The notes beneath the pieces are model-generated. The model made no database searches. It saw only the letters and a list, made by a program, of their open reading frames with translations, and was not told where the DNA came from. From contig JBIIUM010000004.1 of the NCBI GenBank assembly GCA_044339985.1, positions 1 to 58,985 on the forward strand: a DNA stretch of 58,985 nt, written 5' to 3'. The first letter of the stretch is position 1, and the number at the start of each line of letters is the position of its first letter. A program made the position numbers and the translations under genes. This document shows positions 56,500-58,985 of the stretch, piece after piece. The DNA comes from Burkholderiales bacterium (lineage in GTDB: Bacteria; Pseudomonadota; Gammaproteobacteria; Burkholderiales; Ga0077523).

Positions 56500-57797
56500 A
56501 CATCACGCGCCTCGATTCCTCGACGCCTGGCTTCGAGGCCGGGCTTGCCCGCCTGCTGGCATTCGAAGCCAGCCAGGACCCCGGCGTGGAGGACACGGTG
56601 CGCGCCATCCTGGCCGATGTGCGTGCCCGCGGCGACGTGGCACTGCTGGAATACACGCGCCGTTTCGACCGCGTGCAGGCCGAGTCGGTGGCGGCGCTGG
56701 AGATTCCATCGGCAGCGCTGCGCGATGCACTCGCCGCCCTGCCGGCGGCGCGCCGCGAGGCGCTGGAGCAGGCAGCAGCGCGCATTCGCCGCTATCACGA
56801 GCGTCAGGCGGCCCCCTCATGGTCATTCGCCGACGAAGACGGCACGCTGCTGGGCCAGCAGGTGACGCCGCTGGACCGGGTGGGCATTTACGTGCCGGGC
56901 GGCAAGGCGGCCTATCCCTCCAGCGTGCTCATGAACGCCTTGCCGGCGCGCGTGGCGGGCGTGGGCGAAGTGGTCATGGTGGTGCCCACACCCGGCGGCG
57001 AGCGTAACCCGTTGGTGCTGGCGGCGGCGGCCCTCGCTGGTGTGGACCGGGTGTTCGCCCTGGGCGGCGCCCAGGCCGTGGCCGCGCTCGCCTGGGGCAC
57101 CGACACCGTGCCCGCCGTTGACAAGATCGTGGGGCCGGGCAACGCCTGGGTGGCGGCGGCCAAGCGTCAGGTGTTCGGGGTGGTGGGCATCGACATGGTG
57201 GCGGGGCCGTCCGAAATCCTCGTCATCAGCGACGGCAGTGCGCCAGCCGATTGGCTTGCCATGGATCTGTTTTCCCAGGCCGAGCATGACGAACTGGCCC
57301 AGGCGGTGCTGCTCACGCCCGATGCTGCGCACCTCGAGGCAGTGGCTGCCGCCATGCAGGCGCAGATCGATGTCATGCCGCGCCGCGACGTGATCCGAGC
57401 CTCGCTGGAGCGGCGCGGGGCCCTGGTGAAGGTGCGCGACCTGGCCGAGGCGTGCCGGCTTGCCAATCGCATGGCGCCCGAGCACCTGGAACTGGCGGTG
57501 CAAGAGCCTGGCGCGTGGGTCGGTCAGCTGCGCCACGCCGGCGCCATTTTCATGGGCCGTCACTCCTGCGAGGCCCTGGGGGACTACTGCGCCGGACCCA
57601 ATCATGTGCTGCCCACGGCGCGCACCGCGCGTTTTTCCTCGCCCCTGGGTGTGTACGACTTCCAGAAGCGCACCAGCCTGATTCACGCCTCCGCCCGGGG
57701 CGCGGCGCGGCTGGGGCTTATTGCCGGCGAACTGGCCGACGGCGAGGGCCTGCCGGCCCACGCGGCCTCAGCCCGGCTGCGCGCTGCCGCATCGTGA
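56496..57797 (+). CDS. hisD: Histidinol dehydrogenase
   Basis: [55 protein letters not shown]. Confidence 0.97.
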   Translation: MNITRLDSSTPGFEAGLARLLAFEASQDPGVEDTVRAILADVRARGDVALLEYTRRFDRVQAESVAALEIPSAALRDALAALPAARREALEQAAARIRRYHERQAAPSWSFADEDGTLLGQQVTPLDRVGIYVPGGKAAYPSSVLMNALPARVAGVGEVVMVVPTPGGERNPLVLAAAALAGVDRVFALGGAQAVAALAWGTDTVPAVDKIVGPGNAWVAAAKRQVFGVVGIDMVAGPSEILVISDGSAPADWLAMDLFSQAEHDELAQAVLLTPDAAHLEAVAAAMQAQIDVMPRRDVIRASLERRGALVKVRDLAEACRLANRMAPEHLELAVQEPGAWVGQLRHAGAIFMGRHSCEALGDYCAGPNHVLPTARTARFSSPLGVYDFQKRTSLIHASARGAARLGLIAGELADGEGLPAHAASARLRAAAS

Positions 57798-58912
57798 CCG
57801 ATCCCCTCGCCAGCGGTTGCCTCGACGGCCCGCTTTCCGCTGCCGCTTCCCCCGCCTCGGTGCTGCGCCCCGAGGTGCTGGCCCAGAGCGCCTACCATGT
57901 GGCCGATGCCCGGGGCATGGTGAAGCTCGACGCCATGGAAAACCCCTACCCTCTGCCCGAAGCGGTGCGCGAGACGGTGGCAAGGCGGCTGGCGGACGTG
58001 GCGGTGAACCGCTATCCCGACGCCGCTTGCCATGAACTCAAGCAGCGGCTGCGCGCCGCCGCCGGGGTTCCGGCGGCTGCCGAGTTGCTGCTTGGCAACG
58101 GGTCGGACGAAATCATCCAGATGCTGGCGTTGGCCGTGGCGCGGCCCGGCGCAGTGATCCTGGGCGTGGAACCTTCCTTCGTCATGTTCCGGCTGCTGGC
58201 GGGCCTGGCCGGGGCGCGTTGGGTGGGTGTGCCGCTGCGCGCCGACTTCAGCCTGGATGAGGCTGCCCTCCAGGAGGCCATCGAGCGCCACCGGCCTGCG
58301 CTGGCGCTGCTCGCCTATCCCAACAACCCCACGGGCAACCTGTTCGACCGTGCCGCGCTGGAGCGTGTCATCGCCCGGCTGCCGGGGCTGGCGGTGGTGG
58401 ACGAGGCCTATCACGCCTTTGCCGGCGACAGCTTCGCCGGTGCGCTGGCGCGCTTTCCGAATCTGCTGGTGATGCGCACGCTCTCCAAGCTTGGACTGGC
58501 CGGACTGCGGCTGGGCTATCTCATGGGCAGTCCGGCCTGGATCGGCGAATTGGAAAAGCTGCGCCTGCCCTACAACATCAACGCGCTCACCCAGGCGGCG
58601 GCCACGGCGATTCTGGAACATCCCGAGGTGCTGGAAGGCCAGGCCGCGGCGCTGCGTGCGGCGCGCGGCGAACTGGCCGCTGCCCTTGAGCGCCTGCCGG
58701 GGGTTACGGTGTTCCCCAGCGCCGCTAATTTTTTGTTGCTGCGGGTGAAGTCCGCGCCGCGGGTGTTCGACGCGCTGAAGGCGCGCGGCGTGCTGGTGAA
58801 GCTGGCCGACGGCAGCCACCCGTTGATGGAAGGGTGCCTGCGGGTGACGGTAAGCACCCCGGAGGAGAACCACCTGTTCCTGCAAGCGCTGGATGAATCC
58901 CTGCTGCCGTGA
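57794..58912 (+). CDS. hisC: Histidinol-phosphate aminotransferase
   Basis: [46 protein letters not shown]; GTGA overlap start. Confidence 0.95.
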   Translation: MTDPLASGCLDGPLSAAASPASVLRPEVLAQSAYHVADARGMVKLDAMENPYPLPEAVRETVARRLADVAVNRYPDAACHELKQRLRAAAGVPAAAELLLGNGSDEIIQMLALAVARPGAVILGVEPSFVMFRLLAGLAGARWVGVPLRADFSLDEAALQEAIERHRPALALLAYPNNPTGNLFDRAALERVIARLPGLAVVDEAYHAFAGDSFAGALARFPNLLVMRTLSKLGLAGLRLGYLMGSPAWIGELEKLRLPYNINALTQAAATAILEHPEVLEGQAAALRAARGELAAALERLPGVTVFPSAANFLLLRVKSAPRVFDALKARGVLVKLADGSHPLMEGCLRVTVSTPEENHLFLQALDESLLP

Positions 58913-58920
58913 GTATCGCC

Positions 58921-58985
58921 ATGTCCCACACTTCCTTCATCCGCCGCGCTGAAGTGGAACGCGCCACGCTGGAGACGCGCATCCG
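58921..58985 (+). CDS. hisB: Imidazoleglycerol-phosphate dehydratase, N-terminal fragment running off the window
   Basis: MSHTSFIRRAEVERATLETRI matches the HisB N-terminal R-x-T-x-E-T-x-I pattern; follows hisC. Confidence 0.75.
   Translation, partial: MSHTSFIRRAEVERATLETRI

Overview
GC-rich (roughly 70% by eye) chromosomal segment whose gene content looks betaproteobacterial (hprK inside the rpoN operon; mla-ABC-bolA-murA-hisGDCB order). Four blocks: (1) 1-15.5 kb, an acyclic-terpene/branched acyl-CoA catabolic region: partial atuA, an oppositely oriented Liv-type ABC importer with an embedded acyl-CoA ligase, atuBCDF, an ene-reductase and an SDR. (2) 15.6-30.2 kb, tRNA-Gly(CCC), a 4xPAS-GGDEF cyclase, mutY, the kdsD-kdsC-lptCAB-rpoN-ptsN-hprK-rapZ-ubiX run and a CPA2 antiporter. 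(3) 30.2-49.3 kb, a 15-gene type IV filament (MSHA/T2SS-like) locus with a lipoprotein secretin, an MshEN-bearing ATPase, atypical pilins, a PilGHI/Xap-like ABC exporter module and a PrsK/PrsR-like sigma54 two-component pair. The major pilin gene has a readable -24/-12 promoter, an IHF-like site and a tandem enhancer. (4) 49.5-59 kb, housekeeping mlaFEDCB, an ABC-2 pair, bolA/ibaG, murA and hisGDC(B). Block 3 is the best candidate for an undescribed system. No CRISPR array, integrase or transposase was seen. All family assignments are by eye from motifs, not from database searches.
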